The position numbers were made by a program, and so were the translations under genes. The notes beneath the pieces were generated by a model, which saw nothing but the letters and a program-made list of their open reading frames with translations, was not told where the DNA came from and did not search any database. Positions 63,808 to 64,000 of a DNA stretch of 64,000 nucleotides are shown here, piece by piece; within the stretch, counting starts at the first letter, position 1, and each line of letters opens with the position of its first letter. The stretch comes from Eledone cirrhosa. Taxonomy: Eukaryota. The DNA lies in contig OZ024762.1 in the NCBI GenBank assembly GCA_964016885.1, positions 20,398,001 through 20,462,000 on the forward strand, in the 5' to 3' direction.

Positions 63808-63857
<50 letters not shown>

Positions 63858-63945
63858 CATATATATGTATATACATATATATATATAATATATATATATA
63901 CATATATAAATACATAATATATACATATATACATATATATATACA

Positions 63946-63985
<40 letters not shown>

Positions 63986-64000
63986 TATATATATACATAT
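62925..64000. repeat. (TA)n array longer than 1 kb
   Basis: Read directly. Confidence 0.97.

Overview
This is non-coding, extremely repeat-rich eukaryotic DNA. The SINE types, RTE LINE relics and microsatellite load suggest a cephalopod, most likely Octopus (inference). I cannot support any intact host protein-coding gene: almost every ORF in the track is translated microsatellite or satellite. Recognisable content: tRNA-derived CORE-type and Meta-type SINEs, at least two RTE-clade LINE families, an internally deleted Hsmar2-like mariner with nested SINEs, a piggyBac-type and a hAT-type MITE, and many minisatellites or satellites that visibly grew out of these elements. The most interesting signal is a set of short non-coding cassettes, mostly abutting (TA)n tracts, that carry hammerhead ribozyme (HHR) cores. 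There are about 6 complete or near-complete cores and several halves, and the cassettes often end in fold-back hairpins. This fits Penelope-like retroelement pseudo-LTRs. One of them (25804-25947, minus) has an unusually long stem II of about 105 nt. All structures were read by eye and need computational and experimental confirmation.
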